DNA from: Camelus dromedarius
Lineage: Eukaryota
Length of the DNA stretch: 64,000 bases
Direction of reading: 5' to 3'
Assembly (NCBI RefSeq): GCF_036321535.1
Contig: NC_087436.1
Location: forward strand, 99,326,001-99,390,000
Shown: in pieces, positions 1 to 13,070 of the stretch
Layout of the letters: each line of letters starts with the position of its first letter
How positions within the stretch are numbered: position 1 is the first letter of the stretch
The notes under the pieces: model-generated
What the model was told of the DNA's origin: nothing
Databases searched by the model: none
The model's input: the letters and a program-made list of their open reading frames with translations, nothing else
Program-made: the position numbers and the translations under genes

Positions 1-714
1 TGCTTGAATGAATGAATATTTACTACACATGAAGCTTGTAACCAAAATTAAATTAGTATTTCTAGGATATTTATAATTTTCTTAAGAAAGTAATATATTG
101 GTATAAGAAGGTAAGTAAGAAAAATCATTCAGGCCAGTACATTAATAGCTACATTAGTATGAAGAAGCAAAATCTAAGAGCGTCTTTATTCTTTGCCTCA
201 AGCTGGGCTTATTTTTATAAGCCAGTAAACCTGCTTGGTCACCAGGCAGTAATAGTTTCATAAGCACTTTGGCACCAATGGAGGATATTTCGGAGTTCTC
301 TGACTCAGAATCCTAATGTTACAGTTTACTGATACTAAGACAACTAAGCCATCATGGAATTTTCAGTGTTTCCCACCCTCTAGTAAAATATACTAGATGA
401 CTAGTAAAAATACTTGGATGACTGAAAAATGTTCTGACAAGACTGTGTCCCTCTTCATTTCTCAACGTATTATTATTTGTTCTTTCTGCTAAGACCATTT
501 TTTCAACTTTCACACTCTTACCATATTATTTTGACTTCAAAATATTTCTACCTCAATGTAAATAAATTTTGAAATGCAAATGAAGCAGAAATTAATCAGA
601 TTCAGTAGTGTTTGCCGCTAATTGCCAGAATGTCTGCTATGTGAATATTTCACTAGAAAAATTTACAATGAATTAACAACTTGGTATAACTCGCTCTGGA
701 GTAATGAATATTTT

Positions 715-815
715 ATATAGTGGTGAAGTGTGGACTCTTGGATCAGGCTGTATGGCTTGGAAACCTGGCATGACAATTTAACACTCTGTGCACAGCCTTG
801 TCTTAAATGAAATGT
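715..815 (+). mobile_element. MIR SINE fragment (old)
   Basis: Degenerate match to the MIR core (tatagtggtgaagtgtggactcttggatcagg...atttaacactctgtgcacagccttgtcttaaatgaaatg), recognised by eye. Confidence 0.5.
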
Positions 816-2002
816 TTTTTGAGAGCAGGGATTTGATTCATTATTACTCTTTAGCTGATACCTTTCAAACTATGAATAATTTGCTTTCCTTTGCTTTCAG
901 TATATATTGGCCTGGGGACATCTGTTCAAGTATGATACTACCAAACTATTTTTATAATACTGAAGTTAGTTTTGCTAATAGGTTGAGAAAATATTTTCCG
1001 CATCCTGCACCAAGAAGTTTAACTTCTTTGAAAATAAAAATCTATCATCATGACTATCTGTAATATACAAATTTAAATGCTGGTATCTTGAGGAGATTCA
1101 TGATTTGATTTGCTCACATGATACTGTAATCAGTTTTTGAGAAGACTTCTCTTAATTGGTTAATTAATTTTATCCTTGCCACACAAGTTATGTGTTTTTC
1201 TTTCAATAAAATTACTTAGTTTGGAGGCTTAAACACACAGTTTTTATGTGGAGATACAGTACTTAAAGAGGGATTCTGTCTGCTAAGTCGTCATGTTCTC
1301 ATCTTACAAGTTATAATAGAAATTCAGTATCTTTGAAGCCAGCACCAAGAAGGGATCATTGGCCCGAGAATTCTACCTTAGAAGAGGTACTACTTTCACA
1401 CTGTTTATTTGCATGTTTGATTTAAATAGTCTCTTTTTTCAATTTTAGAGTTAAGAACCATAAAAAAGACAGATGCAATCAAATCATGGTTAAAAAAAGA
1501 CAACTTTCTACAAAGATTTCCATAAAAGAAATGAAATGTCCACATTTAATATGAATATTGAAGTCAGATATTTTTAATTATTAACTATATTTATATCAAA
1601 AGACTGTATATAATATTAAATCATTAAAATGAGCACTATATCAGTCAGCATAAGCTTAAAAAATAGAAATTTATAGAATAACAGATGAAAGAGATCATTG
1701 GTAAGCACTAGCAATATCCAAATCAATGATAAAATGTTAAGTTCCAAATCACCAAGACACACTTCATTCATTTCTGCTTTGGATCCCTTACTTAACAACT
1801 TGTTTCTATCTCTATTGCTTTCCAATTCCTTGTCCTCTATCCCTAATTAGACTTACTTTAAATGCCAATCATCTCATTTTTTCCAGTAATCGATCTCTGA
1901 CTAACTCAAACAATGGTTAAAAATTTCTCCATTTTATATTATAATCTCATGTACATATTAAATTATGTAACTGTTTTCATATTTCTATTACTTATATGTC
2001 TA

Positions 2003-2303
2003 TACTGTTAGCAAACTACAATTTGAGGATCAAATCCAGGCCATCGCTTGTACATACAGCTCACAAACTAAGAATGGTGTCCACATTTTGAATAGTTGAA
2101 AATGAATCAAAAGAAGATTGATATTTATGACTCATAAAAATTAATTAAAATTCAAATTTAACTGTTAACAGATTTTTTTATTGGAAAATAGTCACACATA
2201 TTTCTTTGTATGTCACCTATGATTGTTTTCACACTACAATGGTGGAGTTGGAGAGTTGTGAAAAAGAAAAATGGCTCAGAACCCTAAACATTTTTCATCT
2301 GGA
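2003..2303 (+). mobile_element. MER58B-like hAT-Charlie non-autonomous DNA transposon, left part (interrupted by L1)
   Basis: gttagcaaacta...caaatccaggcc...ctaagaatgg...aaaattcaaattt...ttttattggaa...ctacaatggtggagttg...cctaaacatttttcatctgga follows the MER58B consensus as I recall it; the remainder continues at 9368-9406. Confidence 0.75.
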
Positions 2304-2627
2304 TTTTTTTTTTAACATTTTTTATTGATTTATAATCATTTTACAATGTTGTGTCAAATTCCAGTGTTCAGCACAATTTTTCAGTTATTCATGGACATAT
2401 ACACACTCATTGTCACATTTTTTTCTCTGTGAGTTATCATAACATTTTGTGTATATTTCCCTGTACTATACAGCATAGTCTATTCTACAATTTTGAAATC
2501 CCAGTCTATCCCTTCCCACCCTCCACCCACCTGGTAACCACAAGTCTGTATTCTCTGTCTGTGAGTCTATTTCTGTCCTTTATTTACGCTTTGTTTTTGT
2601 TTGTTTGTTTGTTTTTGTTTTTGTTTT

Positions 2628-5600
2628 TTAGATTCCACATATGAGCGATCTCATATGGTATTTTTCTTTCTCTTTCTGGCTTACTTCACTTAGAATGACA
2701 TTCTCCAGGAGCATCCAGGTTGCTGCAAATGGCGTTATGTTGTCGGTTTTTATGGCTGAGTAGTATTCCATTGTATAAATATACCACCTCTTCTTTATCC
2801 AGTCACCTGTTGATGGATATTTAGGCTGTTTCCATGTTTTGGCTATTGTAAATAGTGCTGCTATGAACACTGGGGTGCAGGTGTCATCCTGAAGTAGATT
2901 TCCTTCTGGATACAAGCCCATGAGTGGGATTCCTGGGTCATATGGTAAGTCTATTCCTAGTCTTTTGAGGAATCTCCACACTGTTTTCCATAGTGGCTGC
3001 ACCAAACTGCATTCCCACCAGCAGTGTAGGAGGGTTCCCCTTTCTCCACAGCCTCTCCAGCATTTGTCATTTGTGGATTTTTGAATGACGGCCATTCTGA
3101 CTGGTGTGAGGTGATACCTCATTGTAGTTTTGATTTGCATTTCTCTGATAATTAGTGATATTGAGCATTTTTTCATGTGCTTTTTGATCATGTGTATGTC
3201 TTCCTTGGAGAACTGCTTGTTTAGGTCTTCTGCCCATTTTTGGATTGGGTTGTTTGGTTGTTTCTTATTAAGTTGTATGAGCTGCTTATATATTCAGGAG
3301 ATCAAGCCTTTGTCGCTTTCACTTGCAAAAATTTTCTCCCATTCCGTAGGTTTTCTTCGTGTTTTACTTCTGGTTTCCTTTGCTATGCAGAAGCTTGTAA
3401 GTTTCATTACGTCCCATTTGTTTATTCTTGCTTTTATTTCTTCTAGGAGAAAATTTTTTAAATGTATGTCAGATAATGTTTTGCCTATGTTTTCCTCTAG
3501 GAGGTTTATTGTATCTTGTCTTATGTTTAAGTCTTTAATCCATTTTGAGTTGATTTTTGTGTATGGTGTAAGGGAGTGTTCTAGCTTCATTGTTTTACAT
3601 GCTGCTGTCCAGTTTTCCCAACACCATTTGCTGAAGAGACTGTCTTTATTCCAATGTATATTCTTGCCTCCATTGTCAAAGATGAGTTGACCAAAAGTTT
3701 GTGGGTTCATTTCTGGGCTCTCTATTCTGTTCCATTGGTCTATATGTCTGTTTTGGTACCAATACCATGCTGTCTTGATGACTGTAGCTCTATAGTATTG
3801 TCTGAAGTCTGGGAGAGTTATTCCTTCAGCCTCTTTCTTTCTCTTCAGTAATGCTTTGGCAATTCTAGGTCTTTGATAGTTCCATAAAATTTTATTATGA
3901 TTTGTTCTAGTTCTGTGAAATATGTCCTGGGTAATTGGATAGGGGTTGCATTAAATCTGTAGATTGCCTTGGGCAGTGTGACCATTTTAACAATATCGAT
4001 TCTTCCAATCCAAGAGCATGGAATATCTTTCCATTTTTTAAAGTCTTCTTTAATTTCCTTCATCAATGGTTTATAGTTTTCTGTGTATAATTCTTTCACC
4101 TCCTTGGTTAGATTTATTCCCAGATATTTTATTAATTTGGGTGCTATTTTAAAGGGGAGTGTTTCTTTACTTTCTTCTTCTGTTGATTTATCGTTAGTGT
4201 AAAGAAATGCAACTGATTTTTGAACGTTAATTTTGTAACCTGCTACCTTGCTGAATTCTTCAATCAGCTCTAGTAGCTTTTGTGTGGACCTTTTAGGGTT
4301 TTCTATATATAGTAACATGTCATCAGCATATAATGACACTTTTACCTCTTCTTTTCCAATTTGGATCCCTTTTATTTCTTTCTCTTGCCTGACTGCTGTG
4401 GCTAGGACTTCCAGGACTATGTTGAATAGGAGTGTTGATAGTGGGCATCCTTGTCTTGTCCCAGATTTTAGTGGGAAGCTTTTGAGTTTTTCACTGTTGA
4501 GTACTATGCTGGCTGTAGGTTTGTCATATATAGCTTTTATTATGTTGAGATATGTTCCCTCTATACCCACTTTGGTGAGAGTTTGTATCAAAAATGGGTG
4601 TTGAATTTTATCAAATGCTTTTTCTGCACCGATTGAGATGATCATGTGGTTTTTGTCCTTTCTCTTGTTGATGTGATGTATTACACTGATTGATTTGCGT
4701 ATGTTGAACCAGCCTTGTGTCCCTGGGATGAACCCCACTTGGTCATGATGTATAATGTTTTTTATGTGTTGTTGGATTCTATTTGCTAAAATTTTGGTGA
4801 GGATTTTGGCGTCTATGTTCATCAGTGATATTGGCCTATAATTTGTAGTGTCTTTGCCTGGTTTTGGTATCAGGGTGATGGTGGCTTCATAGAATGAGTT
4901 TGGGAGTAATCCCTCCTTTTCAATCGTCTGGAAGAGTTTGAGAAGGACTGGTATGAGTTCTTCTTTGTATGTTTGGTAGAATTCCCCGGTGAAGCCGTCC
5001 GGTCCTGGACTTTATTTGTAGGGAGGTTTTTAATTGCTATTTCTATTTCCTTTCTAGTGATCGGATTGTTCAAGTGTTCAGATTCTTCTTGATTCAGTCT
5101 TGGTGGACAGTATATTTCCAGAAACTCGTCCATCTCCTCTAGGTTATCCAGTTTGGTTCCATATAGTTTTTCATAATATTCTCGTATGATATTCTGTATT
5201 TCTATTCTGTTTGTTGTAATTTCTCCATTTTCCTTTCTTATTTTGCTAATTTGTGCTCTCTCTTTTTTCTTCTTTGTGAGTTTGGCCAGAGGTTTGTCGA
5301 TTTTATTTACTTTTTCAAAAAACCAGCTTTTGGTTTGGTTGATTTTTTCTATGGTCTTGTTAATCTCTATTGTATTTAATTCCTCTCTGATCTTTATTAT
5401 TTCCTTCCTTCTGCTGCTTTTTGGGGCTTTTTGTTCTTCTTTTTCTAATTCATTCAGGTGATGGCTTAAATTGTTTATTTGAGATTGTTCTTCTTTTTTG
5501 AGGAAGGCCTGTATCACTATAAACTTCCCTCTTAGCACTGCCTTTGCTGTGTCCCATAGGTTTTGAGTGGTTGTGCTTTCATTATCATTTGTCTCAAGGT

Positions 5601-6411
5601 ATTTTTTAATTTCAGCTTTGATTTCCTCATTGATCCATTGTTTTTTCAATAACATATTGTTTAATCTCCATGCTTTCCTTTTTTTCTCCTTTGTTTCTCT
5701 GTTGTTGATTTCTAGTTTCATGGCATTGTGGTCAGCAAAGATGCTTGAGATAATTTCTATCTTCTTAAAATTGTTGAGGTTTCTTTTGTGCCCAAGTACA
5801 TGATCGATCCTGGAAAATATTCCATGTGCACTTGAAAAGAATGTATATCCTATTTTTGGGGGGTGTAATGCTCTGAAAATATCCACCAAATCTAGTTTTT
5901 CTATTGTAGTATTTAATTTCTCTGTTGCCTTGTTTATTTTCTGTCTGGAAGATCTGTCTAGTGATGTTAATGCAGTGTTAAAATCTCCAACTATGATTGT
6001 ATTCCCATCAATATCCCCCTTTATCTCTGTTAGTAATTCTTGTATGTACTTAGGTGCTCCTATATTGGGTGCATATATATTAACGAGTGTAATATCCTCA
6101 TCTTGTATCACTCCTTTAATCATTATAAAATGTCCTTCTTTATCTTTCTTTATGGCCTTTGTTTTAAAGTCTATTTTGTCTGAAATCAGTACTGCAACAC
6201 CTGCTTTTTTGGCTTTTCCATTTGCATGGAATATCCTTTTCCATCCTTTCACTCTCAATCTATATGTGTCCTCCCTAAAGTGGGTCTCTTGTATGCAGCA
6301 TATTGAAGGTTCTTGCTTTATTATCCAGTCTGCCACTCTGTGTCTTTTGACTGGAGCATTTAGTCCATTAACATTTACAGTAATTAATGACAGATGTGTG
6401 TTTATTGCCAT
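2628..6411 (-). pseudogene. L1 ORF2p (APE endonuclease + reverse transcriptase + C-terminal CCHC), broken into 4 ORF segments
   Basis: ORFs 4870-6411 (NVNG, QET, GDFN, RIDH, DHN endonuclease motifs), 3845-4822 ([19 protein letters not shown] motifs), 3294-3710 and 2628-3191 (CWRGC-x7-HCWWEC); frameshifts near 5010, 4842 and 3885, and a stop at 3294. Confidence 0.96.
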
Positions 6412-6804
6412 TTTGAACTTATCTTTGCAGTTGAATTGGTATATCCTCTTTGTTCCTTTCTTCTTCCTTTTGTGGTTTGGTAATTTTCCTTTGTATTATC
6501 ATGGATTTTATTTAATTTTTGTGACTCCTTTGTAAATTTTTGGCTTGTGGTTACCCTTTTTTGTAAATCTATCAACCCATTTTTTATTAAACTGATAGTA
6601 ACATGATCTCAAACCCATCCTACTGTTAACAAAACTTAAAAAAGAAAGAAAAAAATATTCTATATTTCCCTGCCTCCCTCTCCCACTCTCAGTGATTTGT
6701 ATGTCTTCTTTTATAATTTCATGTTTACTTTATTTGTAATTCATGAGTTATCACCTTTCCAGTTGTGTGTTTCTCATTTCTGTAGCATCCTGCTTCTTTT
6801 CTAT

Positions 6805-7698
6805 TTAGAATAGCCCTTTCAATATTTCTTTTAGCATGGGTTTACTGTTGCTAAACTCTTTTAGTTTTTGCTTGTTTGTGAAACTCTTTATTTCTCCTTC
6901 TATCCTCAAGGATAGCCTTGCTGGATAAAGGATCCTAGGCTGCATCTTTTTTTTATTCAGGGCTTTGAATATATCTTGCCACTCCCTTCTGGCCTGTAGT
7001 GTTTGTGTAGAGAAATCAGCTGAGAGCCGTATGGGGGTTCCTTGTAACTTACTCTTTGCTTTTCTCTTGCTGCCTTTAGAATCATTTCTTTATCCTTGAC
7101 TCTGGCCATCTTGATTATGATATGTCTTGGTGTAGGTCTGTTTGGGTTCTTCCTGTTTGGGACCCTTTGAACTTCCTATACTAGGATATCTGATTCCTTC
7201 TTTAAGTTTGGGAAGTTTTCAGTCATGATTTCTTCAAAAACCTTTTCAATCCCCTTTGATCTTTCTTCTCCTTCTGGGACCCCTATTATGCGAAGATTGG
7301 GACGCTTTATATTATCCCATAGGTCCCTTATGCTATTTTCATTATTTTTTATTTGCTTCTCTTGCAGTTCTTCTGAATGGGTGCTTTCCATTGCCCTGTC
7401 TTCTAGATCACTAATTCGCTCCTCTGCATTATCTAGTCGGCTTTGCACAGCTATTAGATCATTCCTCATCTCTGTCAATGACTTTACCCATTCTACTTGG
7501 CTCTTCTTTATAGCTTCAATTTCATTTCTGACATATTTTATATCTCTAAACACTATCTCTTTTAATTCCTTCAGCAATTCGATCACTCCTTTTTTTGAAA
7601 TCTTGATCTAGTAGCCTATCGATATCTATTTCATTGATCTTTCTTTCAGGGGATTTCTCTAGTTCTTTTAATTGGGAATGGTTTCTCTGCTTCTTCAT
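6805..7698 (-). pseudogene. L1 ORF1p (coiled-coil/RRM/CTD RNA-binding protein), disrupted
   Basis: ATG AAG AAG CAG AGA AAC at 7698; ORF 7176-7586 contains LWDNIKRPNLRIIGVPEGEE; ends LKGLF-TAA at 6805; +1 A in the run at 7590-7596 and a premature TAG at 7176-7178. Confidence 0.9.
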
Positions 7699-8099
7699 CT
7701 TGCTCATACCTCTTTGGCACTGTGGTTTATGGAGTATCAGTTGTTTATTTGGGTCCTTAAGGATTTTATCTATCTGATGCCTATTTAGGAAGAGAACTTA
7801 GGAAAAAAAGAAAAAAAAATAAGAGAGAGAAAGAATTTTAAAAGAAGGGAGAAAGAGGGTTTGAAAACAGTGTATAATGAATAATAGAAGAGTGAGTTGA
7901 AGCAGAGTATTAATCGGGTTGAGACGTCCTTTTAAAACCTTTACAAAAAAAGGGTGGGGGATGAATAGATTTGAAACCTGTGTCTAATCAATAGCAGGAC
8001 ATCAAAACCCAAGAGAAATAGAAATGAATTAAGAAGTAAAGATTCAGAGAGTAATAGAAAATAGAACAGGTAAAAACAGATTTAAAAAAAAAAAGGGGG

Positions 8100-9367
8100 G
8101 GGGGGTTTGTCGGTGTTCTCCTGGAGTCTGTGTGCTTTTAATGTGAAGTCTTTCTGTCTTCGTCTTGTTTTGGAAGCTCAGCTTGCTGTTTTCAGAGGCC
8201 CTCCGTTGGCGCCCTCTTCTGTGCTGCTCCCAGCACCTGTCGGCAAGCAGATCGCGCCTCCTCCTAACACTGGGTCAGGTGCAGCTCTCTGCTGTGGGCG
8301 GGCGGGTGGCTGCCCCTCTGGATGCTGCAGTCAGATGTTGCAGACTGGCCAGGTAGGAGGGCGGGTTGTGCCCCCTCCCAGCACCTCGGTCAGGGGCTGT
8401 GTTCCTGCCCGAAAGGCGGGGGGGGGCCGCTCTCCCTCTACCTGCGCCGCTGGTAGTTCCGCTCTCTGTGCGGCTGCGTGCTCCGCCCTGGTCGGCGCTC
8501 CGCAGGTGGGCTCGGGGAAGACCGAGGGACAGCCCTGTCCCTGCTCCGAGCCAAAACCCAGCTCCTTGTTTGTCTTTGTGGAGCAAGTTCTCTGAGGGAC
8601 CAGGATGGAAGGATCCTATCTGCCCCGGGCTGCAGGCCAGTCTCAGTCTGGCCTTTGAGGCTGCTAAGCCCTTCGATGCGGATGCAGGTTTTGCCCCCGC
8701 CCCCGCCTGAGTGCTCAGCGCGGAGGATATGGCGGCTGAGCCCCGCCTCTCTTACCCCGTAAACTTTCTGCGGGTTTTCAGAGATGGGGGTGTGCACCCT
8801 CCCCCCGAGAGCACATCAACCTTGCTGTTTTATGGAGGGCCCAGGTTGTTCTGCCCTGTGCACCCACAGCCACGGCGCGCAGCCCCTTGCGTTCCCCCGG
8901 GGCTGCCTCCGTGCAGCCACTTCAGTCCTCCGCCCAGCTTGTGCAGCCTGGCCCTGCCCGCCGCTGCCGGCCCGCATCTCAGGCTGGGTGTCGGGGGGAC
9001 GCTCTGTGCCTGTTTAACTTAGTTCTGTCAGTCAAGGGCTGCTCTGTACAGATCCGAGCCTCGGAGGCTCCCCCTCCGTTCCGCTGGCCTCTCAGTTGGA
9101 GAGGGGAGACCCAGCGAGCGAGCACCAGTCCTCCTTTGCTGCTCCCTCCCCGCGGGACCTGTCCCGTGCTGCTTTGCCTTTTGTTCTTTCTTTTTTCCTT
9201 TTCTCCTAGCAGATTTTTGGCGTCTTTATCTTTTGAAGAGAGCGATGTTCTGTCGAAGTTCCGCAGATGCTCTGGTTGGCTGAGTGGGTCTGTAGATGTG
9301 GGTCTTGGTGTATTTGTGGGAGAGGGTGACCTGCGAGCGTCCTTCTACTCCGCCATCTTCTCCGTCC
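8100..9367 (-). promoter_or_regulatory. L1 5'UTR internal promoter, CpG-island-like, with terminal YY1 site
   Basis: GC- and CpG-rich block at the L1 5' end; CCGCCATCTT (AAGATGGCGG on the L1 sense strand) at 9350-9359, about 10 bp from the element start, as in mammalian L1 promoters. Confidence 0.85.
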
Positions 9368-9406
9368 CATCTGGACTTTTTAAAAAAAAGTGTTTGCCAA
9401 CTACTG
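9368..9406 (+). mobile_element. MER58B right end (terminal inverted repeat)
   Basis: atctggactttttaaaaaaaagtgtttgccaactactg completes the MER58B begun at 2003 and is inverse to gttagcaaac. Confidence 0.7.
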
Positions 9407-9674
9407 ATTCAGAGCATTAGTAATCAATTATTTGTGCCTCCATTCAGTAGTGGGGTTTAATGTCTTCCTTTTTCATATTCAGACACATAGTACATAAAGC
9501 ACTGTCATGGATACACAGGTCACTACAAAGTATATATCAAATTAAAGCAAATCAGGGTAATCTAGAATAGGTGAATTTTAAAATGTGACCTACAGAAATT
9601 ATACCAGGCCTAGTAACTCTCTGCTTCAATGCTGGAGAAAGCATGAACATTAAATGACTTGTACAAAATTTCTG

Positions 9675-9966
9675 CTTTAAGATGAATAAGGTCTAAGGAT
9701 CTAATGCATAACATAGTGAGTACAGTTGATAACACTGTATTGCATAAATTAAAACTTCTAAGAGAACAGAACTTAAATGTTCTCACCAAAATAAACAAAC
9801 AAACAAAAAACCGTAAAAAGATAAATCTGTGAGGTGACAGATATGCTACTTAACTTTATGAAAGAAATCCTTTCCAATATATACAATATATATCAAGTCA
9901 TCACAATGTATACTTTAAATGTCTTGTAATTTTATTTGTCAGTTATACCTCAATAAGCTGGAAAAA
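9675..9966 (+). mobile_element. Old L1MA-type 3' end fragment
   Basis: taagatgaataag...gatctaatgcataacatagtga...tgtgaggtga...attttatttgtcagttatacctcaataagctggaaaaa, typical of L1MA8/9 3' ends. Confidence 0.75.
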
Positions 9967-12224
9967 TTATTTCTCCATATTGGAGTATTTTAGAAAAAAA
10001 TAAACTTTTTATTCTGGCTTGTCAACAAAAGCAAATTTATAGGTTCTATTGAATATAAACTAATAGCTAGAATCTCTAATGTTTCCCTTAAATTAACATT
10101 ATTATTTCTCTAGATAACATTTAGGCAAGAATTCATGTGCTTCTTTGAATTTCTCCATGATTTTTGCTCTAATGAATTTGGGGAACATTTTTGCTTTTGT
10201 TTTTCCACAGGGGAATCATTTATAAAGTAGGAGAAGCCCAAATAACCTTTTTCTTAACTTAGACAAGAATGCACTGTTTTACAGAAAATGTTGCTGATCT
10301 ATCTCAAAAACTGACTGCTTTTTTTTTTCCCTCATAGACATCTAAGATACTGCCTCCTCTTGAATTTCTGTTAAAGTTACAAATAATATGTCAGTAAGTA
10401 GGAGCTGTATGTTCTTGAAACATGGATGTCAATATCTGTTGGATTTGAGTGATGATAATCCTAATCAGATGACACTCTGGAGATTGTCAAAAACTCTACA
10501 CTTTCATCAAACAAAATGAGTAATGTTCTACCATGAAAAGTATTAATATGATTAATAGCATTTCTCTAGTAGTTAGGCTTCAGACAGTAAAAATATTTGT
10601 TAAACATTAATGGTTTTTCACAGTAGGATTCTGACTAGGTAAATAGATTGTTCTCTTTGCATATATAATTACATATATAATAATATACACTTTCCTTCAC
10701 TGCAGAATTCAAATTTGAATTTTTAACTGTTTTTAAAGAAAAATAAATACATTTTAATTTTACTAAATTTTAACAATTTAACAAAATTATCCTAGAACTC
10801 TACAATGTTTAAAAGAGCATGAGACCCAGAGAGAACAGTATATAAAGCTAAGAATGTGTGATCATCATAGTCAAAGCATTTATAGTTTAGTCTATTAAAA
10901 GTTCACTATAAGAGTAGATGTTGAGAGGAATTTCTGTAACTTAAAAAATAATGATTAGAAATTTTTATATTCTGGCAATTAAGGTCAATAAAATGTTGCA
11001 TTAAGATTTACTCATGGCTTCATGAATTTATAATACAGACCTCACCTACCTCCAAGAGCATCTGAGGTACCTAATTCCCAAAGTGAAATATGGAGAAAGC
11101 TTGTTTACAGCTCATGCAAAAAAAGGTCTAGGAAATTTAACGATATTCAAATCAATGGATCAGAATTGCTGGGATCTCTATAAAATGTTCCTTTATGGTC
11201 ACAGGGAATGGAGTCTACAAAACCAAATGAACAGTAAAATTTGTAACTATTAAGACTTGAAGACAGAATCCCTCAATAAAGTATAAAATTGTAGAATGTC
11301 GAAAATAAAAAAGTCTATTAATTACATACTATGTATGATACTTGCACATCAACTGTTTGTAGCTTCGACTGGAGGATGGTCAAGACCAATAGCAACTATT
11401 CCAAATCTAGACTTTCTCCTAGTAAATATGCCTGCAGTAATATAAAGAAACCATGGATACAAAGCATATAATATATGCCATATTATATATACAGATTTAT
11501 ATATTGTATATATTATGTTACATATTATTTATATATTACATATATTACAGATTATCTCTGGGTCTTCTTCCCTCTTTCCTCAATTACCTCTACTTGTAAG
11601 ACTGTATTTCTAAAATTCTGTTCAGTTCCATTATCAAAATTATTCGTGGAAGGTCTCTTGGATTTGGGCATAATTTCTTGGTCTCCAGCACATACGACAC
11701 ATGCACCCACACACACAATACTAAATGTGCAAAAAGTAGCCTGAACTAAGAACTAACATCACCTGGGTAATCTGAGCAATAGAGTCATTTTGTGTTTCAC
11801 AATTACAATACTATTCAGGTAAATATGGCTTCTCCTTTTGGTAAAGAAGTAACTAGTTCAACATTACATTTTACTTTCAAAAACGGACACTCAAGAGACA
11901 GCTCCCTAGTAAAATATTTTAATGAAACTAGGAGAGAGAATCATTTTTGGGCTCCATGGGGTACAGCAAACCACTGGACAGAGAAATATGCTTTCCAAAC
12001 TGCTTCTAAGCCAGTGGAATACTATTAACCAGATCATGTTCATTCTCCACCATTTTTTTTTTTCAACTCATCAGTTTCAGAGCTTGTACCGGAGCTCAAT
12101 GAAACCAACATGGTCCTCTGATACTTGTGTGTGTGCGTGCATGTGTGTGTATGTTGTAATAAGAATGGTAATTCTCCACTTACTGTAACTAACACAGATT
12201 TCTGAAGAACAGAAAGTGACTTCA

Positions 12225-13070
12225 TTTTTTTATTTGTATGAGAGTTCTCATATACACAGTTTATCCTACTGTTATCATCTTACATTAATGTGGCACATTT
12301 GCAACAATGTGTTATTATTAACTAAAGTCCATATTTTACATTAGAGTTCACTTTTTGTGATGTTCATTCAGTGGGTTTTTACCAATTTTTAATGAAATTT
12401 ATCTACCATTATAGTATAATACAGAACAGTTTCACTGAACTAAAAATCCCCATGATCCACCTATCCTTTCCTCTCACCCTTCCCCATTTCTGAGCCCCTG
12501 GGAACCACTGATCTTTTTACTGTCTCCACAGTTTTCCATTTTCCAAAATATTACATAATTGGAATCATATAGTACATAGTCCTCTCAGACTGACCTCTTT
12601 TAATTAGCATTATGAGTTTAGAGTTCTTTTTTGCCATTTAATAGTTTTTTTTCTTTTTTCTTTTTTTTTTTTTTTGCTGAATAATAGTCTCTTGTATGTA
12701 CATATCACAGTTTATTTGAGCATTCACCGACTGAAGGACATCTTTTGCTTTCAACTTTTGGCAATCATGAATAAAGCTGCAATAAACATTTATGTGAAGG
12801 TTTCATAGAGAGTTCCTGTTGTTCTACATCCTTGCCAGCATTTAGTGTTGCTAGTGTTTTGGATTTCAGCTACTTTAATGGGTGTGTAATGGTATCTCAC
12901 TGTTTTAATCTGCAATTCTCTGATGACATATGATGGCAAGCATCTTTCCATATTATTTGCCATCTGTATATCTTCTTTGATGAGGTGTCTGTTCATGTCT
13001 CTTGCTCATTAGTTAATTAGGTTGTTTGTTTTCTTATTGTTGAGCTTTAAGAGTTCCTTCATTCACTTTG
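12225..13070 (-). mobile_element. Old L1MC-type 3' end including ORF2 C-terminal remnant
   Basis: ORF 12790-12996 (MNRHLIKEDIQMAN...IRELQIKTVRYHYTP...KCWQ) matches the L1 ORF2 C-terminus; 3'UTR resembles L1MC1. Confidence 0.8.

Larger units (their letters stand above)
2310..9367 (-). mobile_element. Full-length LINE-1 retrotransposon (lineage-specific, probably camelid L1), coding-disabled
   Basis: 5'UTR-ORF1-spacer-ORF2-3'UTR-poly(A) layout on the minus strand; TSD catctgga(t/c)ttttt at 2296-2309 and 9368-9381 followed by aaaa (TTTT/AA endonuclease site); AATAAA (tttatt) at 2321-2326. Confidence 0.97.

Noticed and set aside
3130..7611. Plus-strand hydrophobic ORFs (e.g. 3130-3690, 5930-6535, 7225-7611) that look like membrane proteins
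   Set aside because: Antisense shadows of the A-rich L1 ORF1/ORF2
8107..9420. Multiple 60-177 aa ORFs on both strands of the L1 5'UTR (possible ORF0 analogue)
   Set aside because: Expected in GC-rich DNA; many use non-ATG starts; no recognisable domain or resemblance to primate ORF0
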